A stretch of DNA of 64,000 bases from Eledone cirrhosa. Taxonomy: Eukaryota. Each line of letters begins with the position of its first letter. Within the stretch, counting starts at the first letter, position 1. The stretch lies in contig OZ024756.1 of the NCBI GenBank assembly GCA_964016885.1, positions 19,716,001 to 19,780,000 of the forward strand, written 5' to 3'. The notes under the pieces were generated by a model. It was given only the letters and a program-made list of their open reading frames with translations. It made no database searches and was not told the DNA's origin. Positions 48,205 through 58,070 of the stretch are shown here, piece after piece. The translations under genes were made by a program, and so were the position numbers.

Positions 48205-49402
48205 TTGACACAGTGTATCTTAGACTACATTATCCAATGTGCTCTTCCTTATTGAATTCTCAAATTTTCTGATCTCCATTTCTTTCTTTGCAGGCCTTCA
48301 ACACTTTCATAGATGATGTGTTTGCCTTTATCATTACAATGCCAACAGCTCATAGACTTGCATGTTTCAGAGATGATCTTGTATTTTTGATTTATTTATA
48401 CCAAAGATGGTGAGTTCTCCTCTACATCTTATTTTTCAATGTTTGCTAATATCTCTTTATGCACATTTCCTCTGTTGATGCACTCAATATGTATGGCAGA
48501 AGTGTATATATTGTTATATAACATAATTAGGAAATTCCAGATTTGATTCCACAAATCCTGTTACCATGACAAAAGCACTAAGTCCATTCAGTATGCTGAT
48601 TTAAAGTCAAAATAAAATACCTGTATGGTTGTCATAATGGTGACACGAGAAAAAGCGCCCAGTCCACCCTGTAAAGTGATTGTACTGGTGACACGAGAAA
48701 AAGCACCCAGTCCACCCTGTAAAGTGATTGTACTGGTGACACGAGAAAAAGCACCCAGTCCACCCTGTAAAGTGGTTATTTTGGTGCCAAGATAAAAAGC
48801 ACCTAGTCCACACTCTAATGTGGTTGGCATTAGGAAGGGCATCCAGCTCTAGAAACCAAGCCAAAATACAGATCCATATGAACAAGATATGGTCACCTGA
48901 CCTGAATTGTCTCATAATGTGACAACCTGTCTAACAGATGCAAGCATGGAAAATAGACGTTAAACGATGATGATGATGATGACGATGATCCACCTCTCAC
49001 TTTTGGTCCACTGTGCTTATTCTCCATGATGTAATACTCCTTTTGAGTCCTTGAGTTTGAAACCCTGGCCCAAAGTGACATTATTGTTGTGACTGACAAA
49101 TTTGTATTAGAAATCATAGATCTTAAATGGGATACAGAAATACGCCATAGTTTATTCTTTTACCTGTTTCAGCCATCTGGCTGAGGCCATGCTGGGGTAC
49201 CACCCTTGGCAGTTATATATGACAACAACATTTACCAAAACATGATTTTACTACAATGATTTTATTTTGCAGGTTATACCCTGTTGATAAGACGAGGGTC
49301 AATGAATACGGCATGTCTTATGAAGAAGACAGTACCAAGACTAATTCAAAGAAGAAAGTGGAAAACAGTACCAAGACTAATTCAAAGAAGAAAGAGGAAT
49401 AA
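21056..49402 (+). CDS. CLPTM1L: CLPTM1-like protein (ER lipid scramblase CLPTM1L), complete spliced CDS, 17 coding exons, 542 aa
   Basis: join(21056-21214,22215-22315,24225-24408,26508-26635,28215-28287,28823-28940,29956-30050,32078-32162,33021-33124,33898-33963,35440-35490,38100-38182,41463-41497,44695-44750,46150-46194,48294-48409,49273-49402) = 1629 nt. All introns are GT-AG with consistent phases. Family motifs: [95 protein letters not shown]. Confidence 0.96.
21699..22155. repeat. 94-bp tandem repeat, about 5 copies
   Basis: tacagctaccctcccaataac... recurs at 21699, 21793, 21887, 21981 and 22075. Confidence 0.92.
22215..22315 (+). CDS. CLPTM1L: CLPTM1L coding exon 2
   Basis: tttcag|[33 protein letters not shown]|gtaag, phase 0 to 2. 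Confidence 0.88.
22558..23066. mobile_element. hAT MITE carrying an internal 31-bp minisatellite (about 11 copies)
   Basis: TIR CAGACATGTCAAAC/GTTTGACATGCCTG, perfect TSD CTTTACAG, unit atgtggccctcagacaacacatatgtgaccc. Confidence 0.88.
23170..23912. mobile_element. hAT MITE with nested CORE-type SINE
   Basis: TIR CAGGGGTCGGCAAC/GTTGCCGACCTCTG, TSD ATCTACAT/ATCTACGT. SINE at about 23483-23815 (-). Confidence 0.85.
24225..24408 (+). CDS. CLPTM1L: CLPTM1L coding exon 3
   Basis: [23 protein letters not shown]...VNLLTDKTP|gtaagt. Confidence 0.93.
24765..24980 (+). mobile_element. RTE-like LINE 3' end (copies also at about 34495-34710 and 1-30)
   Basis: Shared sequence caagcaagatggttggataacatc...ggatccagctggatca...ctcaggaataagtgg with a GAA-rich tail. 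Confidence 0.6.
25384..26397 (-). mobile_element. Non-autonomous Helitron-like element
   Basis: Minus strand starts atctctatatatataaaa followed by (CTGT)n and ends with the hairpin cccaggcaatgccagg + CTAGT. Confidence 0.65.
26508..26635 (+). CDS. CLPTM1L: CLPTM1L coding exon 4
   Basis: [42 protein letters not shown]|gtaag. Confidence 0.92.
28215..28287 (+). CDS. CLPTM1L: CLPTM1L coding exon 5
   Basis: [24 protein letters not shown]|gtgag. Confidence 0.92.
28823..28940 (+). CDS. CLPTM1L: CLPTM1L coding exon 6
   Basis: [39 protein letters not shown]|gtaaa. Confidence 0.93.
29165..29580. mobile_element. Tc1/mariner remnant
   Basis: Terminus tacttttcaaatagatctcgta (TACGAG-type TIR) with a decayed interior. 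Related mariner-like ends at about 1455-1780 and 45189-45250. Confidence 0.5.
29681..29716 (+). ncRNA. Minimal type-I hammerhead ribozyme motif (CLPTM1L intron 6, sense)
   Basis: TCTT-CTGATGA-a AGAC tagt GTCT-GAAA-CG-TT-AAGA. The ACGT palindrome replaces stem III, as in dimerising minimal hammerheads. Confidence 0.72.
29956..30050 (+). CDS. CLPTM1L: CLPTM1L coding exon 7
   Basis: [32 protein letters not shown]|gtaag. Confidence 0.95.
30478..31041 (+). mobile_element. CR1-clade LINE 3' fragment with (ATT)n tail
   Basis: [57 protein letters not shown], then a 3'UTR and ATT repeats. Confidence 0.88.
31594..31662 (-). ncRNA. Type-I hammerhead ribozyme motif, partly decayed (CLPTM1L intron 7, antisense)
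   Basis: Minus strand: gcaatAAACAc-CTGATGA-[gtcag-gatt/aatc-tgac]-GAAA-t gtat a-TA-aTGTTTgc. Confidence 0.65.
32078..32162 (+). CDS. CLPTM1L: CLPTM1L coding exon 8
   Basis: [28 protein letters not shown]|gtgag. Confidence 0.95.
32445..32970. repeat. About 60-bp tandem repeat (about 8 copies) derived from the SINE central domain
   Basis: ccatgctctcagtacactatgtgaagtggttggtgttaggaaggacatccagctgtagaaa. Confidence 0.9.
33021..33124 (+). CDS. CLPTM1L: CLPTM1L coding exon 9
   Basis: [34 protein letters not shown]|gtaag. Confidence 0.95.
33898..33963 (+). CDS. CLPTM1L: CLPTM1L coding exon 10
   Basis: [22 protein letters not shown]|gtaag. Confidence 0.95.
34005..34230. repeat. Diverged 54-bp tandem repeat, about 4 copies
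   Basis: ggtgtgtattggtctgtaaagattatgcagtgaagtttgtcttggcaaataaat. Confidence 0.75.
35440..35490 (+). CDS. CLPTM1L: CLPTM1L coding exon 11
   Basis: [17 protein letters not shown]|gtgag. Confidence 0.93.
35793..36024. mobile_element. piggyBac-like MITE (about 230 bp; copies at 3498-3726, 33241-33452, 46319-46546, 58835-59035)
   Basis: TTAA-CCCTTTAGCATTTA ... TAAATGCTAAAGGG-TTAA termini with a conserved interior. Confidence 0.75.
36295..36606. repeat. 90-bp tandem repeat (about 3.5 copies) inside a CORE-type SINE
   Basis: Perfect copies of gtgacatcactggtgccaagctgtattggccattgcctttcccttggacatcatatatagtgtg... Confidence 0.92.
37291..38026. repeat. 22-bp minisatellite, about 33 copies
   Basis: ttatttattaaatcagaaac(c/a)a. 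Confidence 0.95.
38100..38182 (+). CDS. CLPTM1L: CLPTM1L coding exon 12
   Basis: [27 protein letters not shown]|gtgag. Confidence 0.95.
38210..38600. repeat. CAT/CGC-derived cryptic trinucleotide repeat
   Basis: (catcattgtcgccgt)-type units. Confidence 0.9.
38751..41006. repeat. 2.25-kb compound (CA)n/(GA) microsatellite with higher-order units
   Basis: Almost exclusively A/C/G, with units such as acacacagag. Confidence 0.97.
41463..41497 (+). CDS. CLPTM1L: CLPTM1L coding exon 13 (35 nt)
   Basis: [12 protein letters not shown]|gtaag, phase 2 to 1. Confidence 0.93.
41608..42088 (+). mobile_element. RTE-clade LINE 3' fragment with (GAT)n tail
   Basis: [22 protein letters not shown]-like C-terminus. 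Homologous copy at 8130-8403. Confidence 0.8.
43220..43855. repeat. (CAT)n then (GGT/GAT)n low-complexity tracts
   Basis: Direct reading. Confidence 0.9.
44119..44312 (+). mobile_element. tRNA-derived Meta-domain-type SINE (representative copy)
   Basis: A/B-box head (TGGCAGTATCGGTAG...GTTCAAATCC) plus GCCTTTCATCCTTACGGGGTCGATAAAATAAAGTACCAG. Other copies (approximate): 817-996+, 11515-11903- (tandem pair), 28359-28545+, 31042-31230+, 36960-37300+ (x2), 41147-41335-, 42883-43072-, 43866-44075+, 45555-45935+ (x2), 58120-58333-, 63914-64000+. Confidence 0.85.
44325..44673 (+). mobile_element. tRNA-derived CORE-type SINE with RTE-derived (GAT)n tail (representative copy)
   Basis: TGGCTTAGTGGTTAG..GTTCAATTC head, TTGAGCAAGACACTTT core, AGGAAGGGCATCCAGCTGTAGAAA domain, RTE 3' tail. 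Near-identical copies at 23483-23815-, 27650-27987-, 56336-56675+, 63200-63543-. Confidence 0.88.
44695..44750 (+). CDS. CLPTM1L: CLPTM1L coding exon 14
   Basis: [19 protein letters not shown]|gtaga. Confidence 0.95.
46150..46194 (+). CDS. CLPTM1L: CLPTM1L coding exon 15
   Basis: [15 protein letters not shown]|gtaag. Confidence 0.95.
46788..47946. repeat. 36-bp minisatellite, about 32 copies with interleaved variants
   Basis: tctatgatcaaag(g/a)tattcca(gaca/gctt/tctt)tgacca(g/a)caaa. Confidence 0.96.
48018..48109 (+). ncRNA. Type-I hammerhead ribozyme motif with long, decayed stem II (CLPTM1L intron 15, sense)
   Basis: GCATAT-CTGAGGA-(61 nt stem II region)-GAAA-CATATG (palindrome)-TA-ATATGT. 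Confidence 0.68.
48294..48409 (+). CDS. CLPTM1L: CLPTM1L coding exon 16
   Basis: [38 protein letters not shown]|gtgag. Confidence 0.96.
49273..49402 (+). CDS. CLPTM1L: CLPTM1L coding exon 17 (terminal)
   Basis: ttgcag|(W)[45 protein letters not shown], ending in a KKxx ER-retrieval-type motif. Confidence 0.95.
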
Positions 49403-52400
49403 TGGATATTTAGATGACTATAAGACTATTGTTGTTTGATTCTGTCATTCAAAAAAAATTTTCAAAAGTGATGTAAAAGAAAAACAAAAGCCCGTATAAG
49501 GAACTCTTCTTCTCTGATTTGTGTGTTGACTTAGGTGTTTGTCTGAAGTCTTTCAATGTCCTTATCTCTTTTACTGATGTGTTTGTTTCAAGTCTGTCAA
49601 TGTCTTCACCTCTCATCTCTTTTACTGATGTGTTTGTCTCAATCTTTCCACCCCTCCATCTCTCATCTCTTTTACTGATTATGTTTGTCATTCTTTCCAC
49701 CCCTCCATCTCTTTTACTGATTATGTTTGTCAGTCTTTCCACCTCTCCATCTCCTTTACTGATGTTTGCCTCAAGTCTTTTGTAATTGTCTTTCTTTCAA
49801 ATTCTCTTTCCACTTCTTCATCTCTCATTATCACTTTTAATTAAGTGTTTGTCTTAGTCTTTTATAATTGTCTCTCTTTTTTAATTCTCTTTTTACTTCT
49901 CCATCTCTTTTACTCCCTCTCAAAATTATTATATTTGTTGACCTTTTGAATCCATGTGTATGATCCCCAACCCTGGATGTCTGCAGAAATATCACTTAAA
50001 AAAACCGTTAACTAAAGTTAACTAAACCGAAACAAAAAAACAAACAAACAATTGGGTAAAAAAAAACTACAAATTTGACCAAAATCCAGAGAATGCCTTC
50101 TGGAAAGAACTCAGGCTAAACAATGATGTTTTGTGTAGAAAAAAGTGTAGTAAACAGAATTAAACAGATGTCGGCTGCAGAACAGAATATTGGGCTGGTG
50201 AATATAGTAAAACATTGATCAGGTCTGGAATACCAGGCTGGCAAGGTCACTGTTAAATCTTTTGATACCAAACTACCTGAAACTGTCCCTAGTTCCTTCC
50301 ATTGTAATTTTATGTAAGTAACTTTCTTAAATTTAATTCAAACCATCAGCTTAATAATGAGAAATCCCTTTAAGTTCTGGATTATTTTCAAAATTATTTA
50401 AAAACCATAGACAGTATGTTTCATTAGAAATATGGTAATGAAAGTTAGTTATATTTTTAAATCTCTGTCTGGTCTTGGTTATTTTCAAGATTTGAAAACC
50501 ATAGGCAGTGTATTTCATTAGAAATATAGTAATGAAAAGTTTGATAAGCTGCACTCGATTAAGTACAGTGTAGCTCTGCTGCTTACAGAGAAAAACAAGG
50601 TAGAGGAGCTGGTGGGGACGAGTCATTCTTGCTATGAACATCTTTTCTTTCATGCCTCCGACTTCTCCTTCCTCTTTAAGTGGCCATTTTGGATGTGAAT
50701 GGTGTGGGTCTTCTATATTATTTATTTCTATTTATTTTATTTTTGTATGTGTCTTGCTCTGTTTTTTTTTGTGAGTCATTCTAATACATGTTATTGTTTT
50801 TTAGCCCCAGGTCAGACCTGTTTGAACCCACCTTTGATTAAAGGTTGCTGATTCCAGCAAGTCAACCAACCATATAAAGGCTCCCTTGTTGTCTAACACA
50901 GTGTCCCCTTCTCCCAACCCTCCAAAATTAACAAAAACCACCCACCATCTCCTTTAAATATTAGCAGAATTTGTTTCTGTCCCCACACCCCTTATTTTAT
51001 TGATGATTTTTTTTAAATTTAGACACAAAACCTGCAGATTTCGGGGAAGGGCAAAATTGAGTAAATTAACCCCAATACTTGACTGGTATTTTATTCTATT
51101 GACCCATGAAAGAATGAAATACAAAGTTGACATTGGCAGAATTTGGAATCAGAATCATCATCATTGTTTAACGTCTATCTTCCATGCTAGCATGGGTTAG
51201 ACAGGAATTGTCCCACTTGAGGCAACATTGATCGGGTGACCGTGTCTCGCTCGTATAGGACTATCTGGCAGGTTTTCTACGGTTGGATGCCCTTCCTAAC
51301 ACAAACCACATTTACAGTGTGGACTGGGAGCCTTTTTACCATGTCTCCTACACGACCACTTTACAGCGTGGACTGGGTGTTTTTTGTTGTGACACCTACA
51401 CGACCACTTTACAGTGTGGACTGGGTGTTCTATGGTACCAACATAACTTTACAGAGAAAGGGTGGTGTAGATGGGAGGATGGAGTAGTGGTAGTGGGTTG
51501 GGGTGTATATTTGATTAAGAGGTTTAACTTTGTACGTAAGGGAAGGCGGGTCTTCTGTATTACTGCTTAGCGCCAAAGATCTTGATCCAGTGACATTGTC
51601 TTAGAGATGTGCAAGGTCAGATTTTATCATGTCGTCCCAGGTTTTTCTGGGTCTACCTAATCCATAACTTTCAGTATGTAAAGAACAAATTAAATATTGG
51701 TTTCTGATTTTAACCCATTAATAATATTGGTTTGTCTGACACTTTAATGATTCTGCCAACTCACTGCCCCTCCCTTGATTATTAATGTGGAGACAAAATA
51801 GAGTTATATAATATGATATTGAATTATTAATATATGAAGGTGTGTGGTTTAGTGGTAAGAGAATTGGATTCAAAATCGTTAGATTGCAAATTCAATTTGC
51901 AGACTGGCCGATGTGTTATGTCCTTGAGCAAGACACTTTATTTTATGTTGCTCTTTCTGCCAGGAGTTGCCACTAGTAGATGATATCAGCAATTGGAAAG
52001 ACCAATGGAAGCAGTGTTTTCTTTGGTCCGATTTGATGAGTTCCACTCCACTGGGTAAGAAAGTGCGGTTGGATAGTGTCAATTGTTTCTACTTTTGACA
52101 CAAGGCCAGCACTTTGAAAGGTGGGAGGGGGAGTCGATGAAAACTGCCCCAATGCATTACTGGTATTTATTTTATCAATCCTGTGAAGATGAAAGGTAAA
52201 GCTAAGCTTAGTGGGATTTGAGTTGAAGTTATTATATTGTAATAGTTTCTGACTTAGGTACAAGCCCAACAATTTGGGGGGAGGAAAAATATTGATTAAA
52301 ATCAACCCCAATGCATTACTGGTACTTTGTTTTATCAATTTAGGATGAAAGGCAAAGCTAACCTTGGTGGGATTCAAACTCAAATTAATATAATAGAATT

Positions 52401-53584
52401 ATATTGTAACAGAATTATGACTATTGAAAACAAAATTGTTAATTTCATTAAACATGACTTTTGTCCACCTCCTTTTGCCATCATTACTACCCCCTGACTA
52501 ACACGGGTCTAGCGCAATGTTGTAAACCTTTGTAGAACTTTCTCTGGTTATTCTTGCCTGAAGGAATTGTGGAATCTAAAAGTGGAAAGCCGTGAAGCAA
52601 TCCTATAATTTCTGATGATATATCAATAATGGAGCAGACTTCTTGGTTTAGAAGATCCAAAGACATACAGGTATACCTCGGCTTACATCGTTTCTAGTTT
52701 CGTCATTTTCAAACGTATGACAGTTTTTCTTAATATTATATGACAAATATGAAAAATGAAAAAAATGAAAAATAACCCTCGTATTACTTCGATTGACTCA
52801 ATTGGCGAGGTCAATTTTGCTTTTTATCCTTTCTGGGCTGATAAAATAATATACCAGTCAACTACTGAGGTTGATATAATCGTCTTTCCTCTCTTCAAAA
52901 GTAAAAATTATCATCATTATGATTTTTTTTTTCTTGTTTTCACTTTGTTTCAAATGTTTTAATATTTCCAAACATATTTATGTTATTTTTCACTTAAACA
53001 GAAGAATTCTGTTTCATTGTTTAAAAAAACAAAACAATCAACCAACCACATTCTTTCATTGTTTTTGTTGTTTTTGCTTTTTACACTGATCTTTCCAGGG
53101 TCGTATTTAAAATATTGTTCCATTCACCTTCTGGAAATTTCTTTAAATATTCTCTATTAATAACTTTTTTTTTTAACTCACAAAAAGAAAAAAAATGTTA
53201 TAAAAAAAACATGAAATATTGAAAAGACATTTGTATTTGTTATGTTTTTGATTTATGTCTTGTTTTGTTATATAAAATTTGTTTAAATTTCATTTCACAA
53301 TCATTTGAAGAATTCTTAAAAAAAAAAATAAAAAGTAACAAAAAAAAAAAATTGAAAATCTCAGAAATAGTTAAAAAATTTCAAATAAAGGGATATAGGT
53401 TAAAATATTATTTTGTTAATAAATACATTTTATAAAGTCATTTAATATGTTACATTAATTATTTATTAACAGTGTAATTAGTGTTTGTGTGCATTTTTTC
53501 TATTTAGTGCATCTGCACTGTATATTGAACTGGTGAAATTCCATAAAATTCACTGATATCTCTCTCTTTATATGTATATATATT

Positions 53585-55798
53585 GAGAGCTGGACCAACC
53601 CCAGGATGTTACTGTGTGGTACATATAAATATACCTTACCGCTCCTTACGGCCGCCTTGGACTTTGCTGAAACACTCACACCCATCACTGACCAGGAAAG
53701 AAATATCATCCTCCACGCCAGGAAGACAGTCCTACTTTTCGACAACTCCAAGTAGATAAAGAGAGCTCCTGACTACCCCTTCAACGTCAGTATGGGCACG
53801 ACGGATTCGGCCGAGGTCACAGATCTTATAGGATTATTCCTACTATTTAAACTCACCGAAATGTTTCCTGCATTCGGCGGTGGATTGTACCGGGATGATG
53901 GGCTCCTCACCCTCAAAAAGTACAACCCCAGTAGTACAGACCGAGTCCGTAAACAACTAATCAACTTCTTCCGGGACTGGGGATTTAAAATCACCCTACA
54001 AACGTCCCTAACCCGAGTCAATTTCATGGACGTTACCCTTAACCTCGAAAATGATCTGTACTACCCATACAGAAAACCAAACGACAACCTGCACTACATC
54101 CACCGCTGCTCTAACCATCCTAGAAACATCACCAATAACCTGGTTAAAAACATCTCCCTCCGCATTTCTCGTTTGTTCACTAATGAACAGATATTCGACG
54201 AACACACGCCTCATTACAACCAGGCCCTCAAGTGGAGTGGCTTCCGAGAGGAAATATCCTTTTATCCAGCTTACCTTAGCGGAACCAGCAAACGACAATG
54301 CCGCTCACGCAACGTAACGTGGTTCAATCCTCCTCGTGATGCCAAGGTGGCAACACCTATCGGGAAAATCTTCTTTAGACTCCTCAAAAAAAACTTCCCA
54401 CTACAACACCGCTACCACAACATAATCAATAAAAACACCATCAAACTCTCCTACAGCACCACACCTAACTTCGCACAAAACATCGTCTCCTCAAACAACA
54501 AAAAACTTAAACCCTATGGAAGAAATAACCTAGACATCAGTGGAGAGCCGACCAGGAGGTGTAACTGTCCTGATAGATCTACGTGCCCCCTCAACAACAA
54601 ATGCCGAGAACGTAACATGATCTACAAGTGCAACGTGAGGACGGACACCCCCAACAAAGCTTATATAGGATTAACCGTGTGTGACTTCAAGACCCGGCTC
54701 TACCAACACTGACATACTTTCCGAAATCCGGTCCGGCGACATGCCACTACACTTTTGGGCCACATCTAGGACCTCCAAGATAATAATATAACCTACAATC
54801 TCACTTGGAGCTTACTGTCCAGAGCTAACTCTTACACGGGAGGACGCCGTCCGTGTAACTTATGCTCAGAGGAAACATTACAAATGCTGTTTTCGAAGGA
54901 CCAACTCCTAAACAAGTAAGACGAAGTGGTAACCGTATGCAAACACAGATTGCGTAGGACTTACCTCGCCCTCAAACCATAACAACCCGGGTGGTTAGAC
55001 AAGGGCTGATACCCCCTCCCCCCTCAACTTGCCAAATAAGTTAGGGGAAACCCCAGCCTACATAGGTAGATGTATCTCTTTTCTTTTCCTCAGTCTTCTT
55101 CCCCTTGTCTCATCCTATCACTTCCTTCCACCCCCTATTTTCTTCCTCGTCTGCTTTTCCCCTTTCGCCTACCCCGATGCAGCCCATTGGGCCTCTGTAG
55201 CATTTGTTGCCCCACCCCTGTAATTTTAAGATAGAATTGACCAAATACGTTTTACTAACTACTTATAGCAGACGTGTTAAACCCCTTTTATTTTTGTATC
55301 AGTTTTGGTACTACTTAATTTCTACAAGTTTTTTCTATTCTCAACTTATTAACCTGTAATTGTAAGATGGCATTGTGATTTTTTTTTATTCATTTCTCAC
55401 TATTTAATTTTATCTACTTTTTTATTTCTTTCTAGTATCTTTTATTGTCTCTTACTCTCATTCAATTTACCTATTCTATAACCTCCCTCCTCCACTTCAT
55501 ACACTATCCTTAGAATCTGCTGTATACATATCACTTTCAATGCTTGAAGGCTCCACTCACTCCCCTATTGTTCTACAGGCAAGTTCAGCCACCCCTACCT
55601 CCCACCAAATGCCATGATAGACTTATTTGTGTTTACAACAAATTTTAACCTATCCTCTTGACAACTACAATCTTCCCATATAAGGAAGTATCCCCTTGAA
55701 AAGTTCGGCTACTTATTCACCAGGCTAAAAATTCTAATTTAGTCCAGAAATAGCCATCGAAACGGCTTGAGCTCTGCCGTCGGGGTCATACTTTTTCC

Positions 55799-55800
<2 letters not shown>
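53585..55800 (+). mobile_element. Penelope-like retroelement, 5'-truncated and pseudogenised (RT thumb + Cys linker + C-terminal GIY-YIG endonuclease; Nematis-like by motif recall)
   Basis: ORF 53792-54712: FNVSMG..SAEVTDLIG, GLYRDDGL, VNFMDVTLNL, YIHRCSNHP, WFNPP, CNC..CPL..C, MIY..AYIGLT..FKTRLYQH. In-frame stops at about 53754, 54710 and 54767. Bounded by TA-rich tracts. Confidence 0.92.
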
Positions 55801-55829
<29 letters not shown>

Positions 55830-55876
55830 AATGAATAATAACAGGTAGACATCATAAAAAGGTAATTTATTCCGTG

Positions 55877-55988
55877 TGCTTACAAATGTTTCCACGGTGG
55901 TACTACAGCCTAGTTATGCTATGTGCAAATTTACAAGTATTTGCAGAACTCAAATATCCAATGCTGTGACCACTGTATCCTCAGAGCA
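55877..55988 (-). ncRNA. Type-I hammerhead ribozyme motif with extended stem II
   Basis: Minus strand: TGCT-CTGAGGA-tacagtggt..acagc....gctgt..accaccgtg-GAAA-ca tt tg-TA-AGCA, with an inner tgcaaat/atttgca hairpin. Confidence 0.72.
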
Positions 55989-56052
55989 GAATGGTAAAAT
56001 GTACAATCCAGTGTAGTAATTAACCACTACTACATCTTGGGTAATCCTACAC

Positions 56053-56094
<42 letters not shown>

Positions 56095-56108
56095 AATATA
56101 TATATATA

Positions 56109-56208
56109 GCTATCTGAAGAGCTGAAATAGCTATCTGAAAAGCTGATCTTTCTGTTGGAAATTCTCTGGATTTTCAATGTTTTGTGAAGCGAAACCGTCG
56201 GTAATAGC
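56109..56208 (+). ncRNA. Type-I hammerhead ribozyme motif (rearranged stem II)
   Basis: GCTAT-CTGAAGA-gct...agc-GAAA-cc gtc gg-TA-ATAGC, with a local duplication of tagctatctgaa.agctga. Confidence 0.62.
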
Positions 56209-56749
56209 ATTTTGAACAGGTGAATATTTAAATCGTATTTTAATTTATTTAAAAGATTGTTTAATGTTTGCTTGTTCCGCTCATCTCAATATATATATAT
56301 ATATGTATATATATATACATAAATATATATATACATGGAGGCATATGGCTTAGTGGTTAGAGCATTGGCCTTGCAATCGAAAGGTTGTGAGTTCAATTCT
56401 CGGACCGGGTGATGTGTTGTTTCCTTGAGCAAGAGACTTTATTTCACATTGTTCCAGTTTACTCAGCTGTAGAAATGAGATGAGATAGACTGGGGTCCAT
56501 ATCATTCCACTGCAAAGTGGTCGTGGAGGTGCCACGGCAAAAAAGCACCCAGCACTCACTGTAAATGAGGTTGGTGTTAGGAAGGGCATCCAGCTGTAGA
56601 AATCAAGCCAGAATCAGTTCCCGCCCCACCCTTGCAAGCAGGGAAAAGCGGACGTAAAATGATGATGATGATGATATATATGCTAGCATGGAAACATTGA
56701 CATAAAATGATGATGATGATGGTGATGATGATATGTATGGTCAAGGTGG

Positions 56750-57038
56750 AGTATCAGCAGATTTCTCATTAGTTCAGCATAGATATTCTCCTTTTCGCTA
56801 ATATTTAATATTATATTGGCATCTGCTGGGCAGCTAACTTCCATTACTGTGCATGCCTTCTTCCCTCTCCCATATCATTATATCTGGTCTGTTATGCTTG
56901 CATTTCATTGGAGCTTTGACTGGAACATTCCACCAGTACTCTTTTGTATTATGTATGTGTATGTCTTCCACATTGCTGTAACTTTTAATGTGTTTATTGT
57001 CTGGGATATCTTTTCTATGGATTGCATTGTACAGTGTT
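56750..57038 (-). mobile_element. Second, diverged fragment of the same R4/Dong family (endonuclease region)
   Basis: Nucleotide near-identity to about 60620-60905 (gcatagatattctccttttc...ggattgcattgtacagtgttt). Confidence 0.85.
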
Positions 57039-57274
57039 TATGTATGTATATATATGTGTGTGTGTGTGTGTCATCATCATCATTGTTTAATGTCTATTTT
57101 CCATGCCAAGCAGGGAAAAGCGGACCTAAAATGATGATGATGATGATGATGACGATGATGATGACGACGACGACGACGATGACGATGACGATGACGATGA
57201 TGATGATTGTGTGTGTATATAACATATATATATATATTATATATATTTTTTTTGTATATACATATATATATATA

Positions 57275-57562
57275 CCACACAATACAATACAATGCAATAC
57301 CATACAACACCACACCACACAACAACACCACACCATACATTACAACACAAAACCATATCACACCACCATACAACGCAACGCAACGCAACGCAACGCAACG
57401 CAACGCAACGCAACGCAACGCAACGCAACGCAACGCAACGCCACAACACAATAACACCACGCAACACAACACAATAACACCACACCACACCACACAACAC
57501 AACGCAACACCTCACCACACCACACAACACAACGCAACACCACACCACACCACACCACAACA
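57275..57562. repeat. (CAACG)n/(CACAC)n pentanucleotide tract
   Basis: Direct reading. Confidence 0.9.
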
Positions 57563-57797
57563 CAAAATAAACATTACAATAACTGAAGGCTGTTAAGTTT
57601 TTCATTTTTTTTTCTTATATATTTCTCTAGTTTAAATTTCTTTCTTTTCTTTTTTTTTTTTACAATATCAAAATATATAAAAAAAATTAAAACAATAAAA
57701 ATATAATTACATAAACACATGAATGGAAACACTCTTCATTCAAATCGTTCTCCCCCTGCCTTCTTTAGATGCACACAAGGCTCAGTTCACTCTGATG

Positions 57798-58070
57798 TTA
57801 AACTTTAGTGTTTGTTGTGACATAGTTTGGCAGAGTGGTAACATTCTGATGACCGTCACTCTCAAAAGCCTCATTCTTCACTCCACCTTTTTCATCTTCT
57901 CCCAACTGTTCTCTACTTTTAAATTCATGGATGTTTTCAACAGTTGTCACAAGACTTCCACTGCTTTCGGAGCCTTTGTTGTCATTGGTTTCCTTCCTGT
58001 ATCTGCCAGTGCGGTTCTCTGACTGAGATGGTCCCCAGTTCGGAAGGGGCTTTAAACACTTCACCATAAC
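57798..58070 (-). CDS. SLC6 terminal exon (cytoplasmic C-tail, ends -TKV)
   Basis: ttcag|VMVKCLKPLPNWGPSQSENRTGRY...TTNTKV-stop. P..WGP...RTGRY is typical of the glycine/proline-transporter subgroup of SLC6, and the C-terminal T-x-V fits a class I PDZ ligand. Confidence 0.88.
   Translation of the reverse strand, partial: VMVKCLKPLPNWGPSQSENRTGRYRKETNDNKGSESSGSLVTTVENIHEFKSREQLGEDEKGGVKNEAFESDGHQNVTTLPNYVTTNTKV

Noticed and set aside
53792-54712. Possible TERT next to CLPTM1L
   Set aside because: Intronless, with a C-terminal GIY-YIG domain and in-frame stops, and lacking the telomerase T motif. It is a Penelope-like element.
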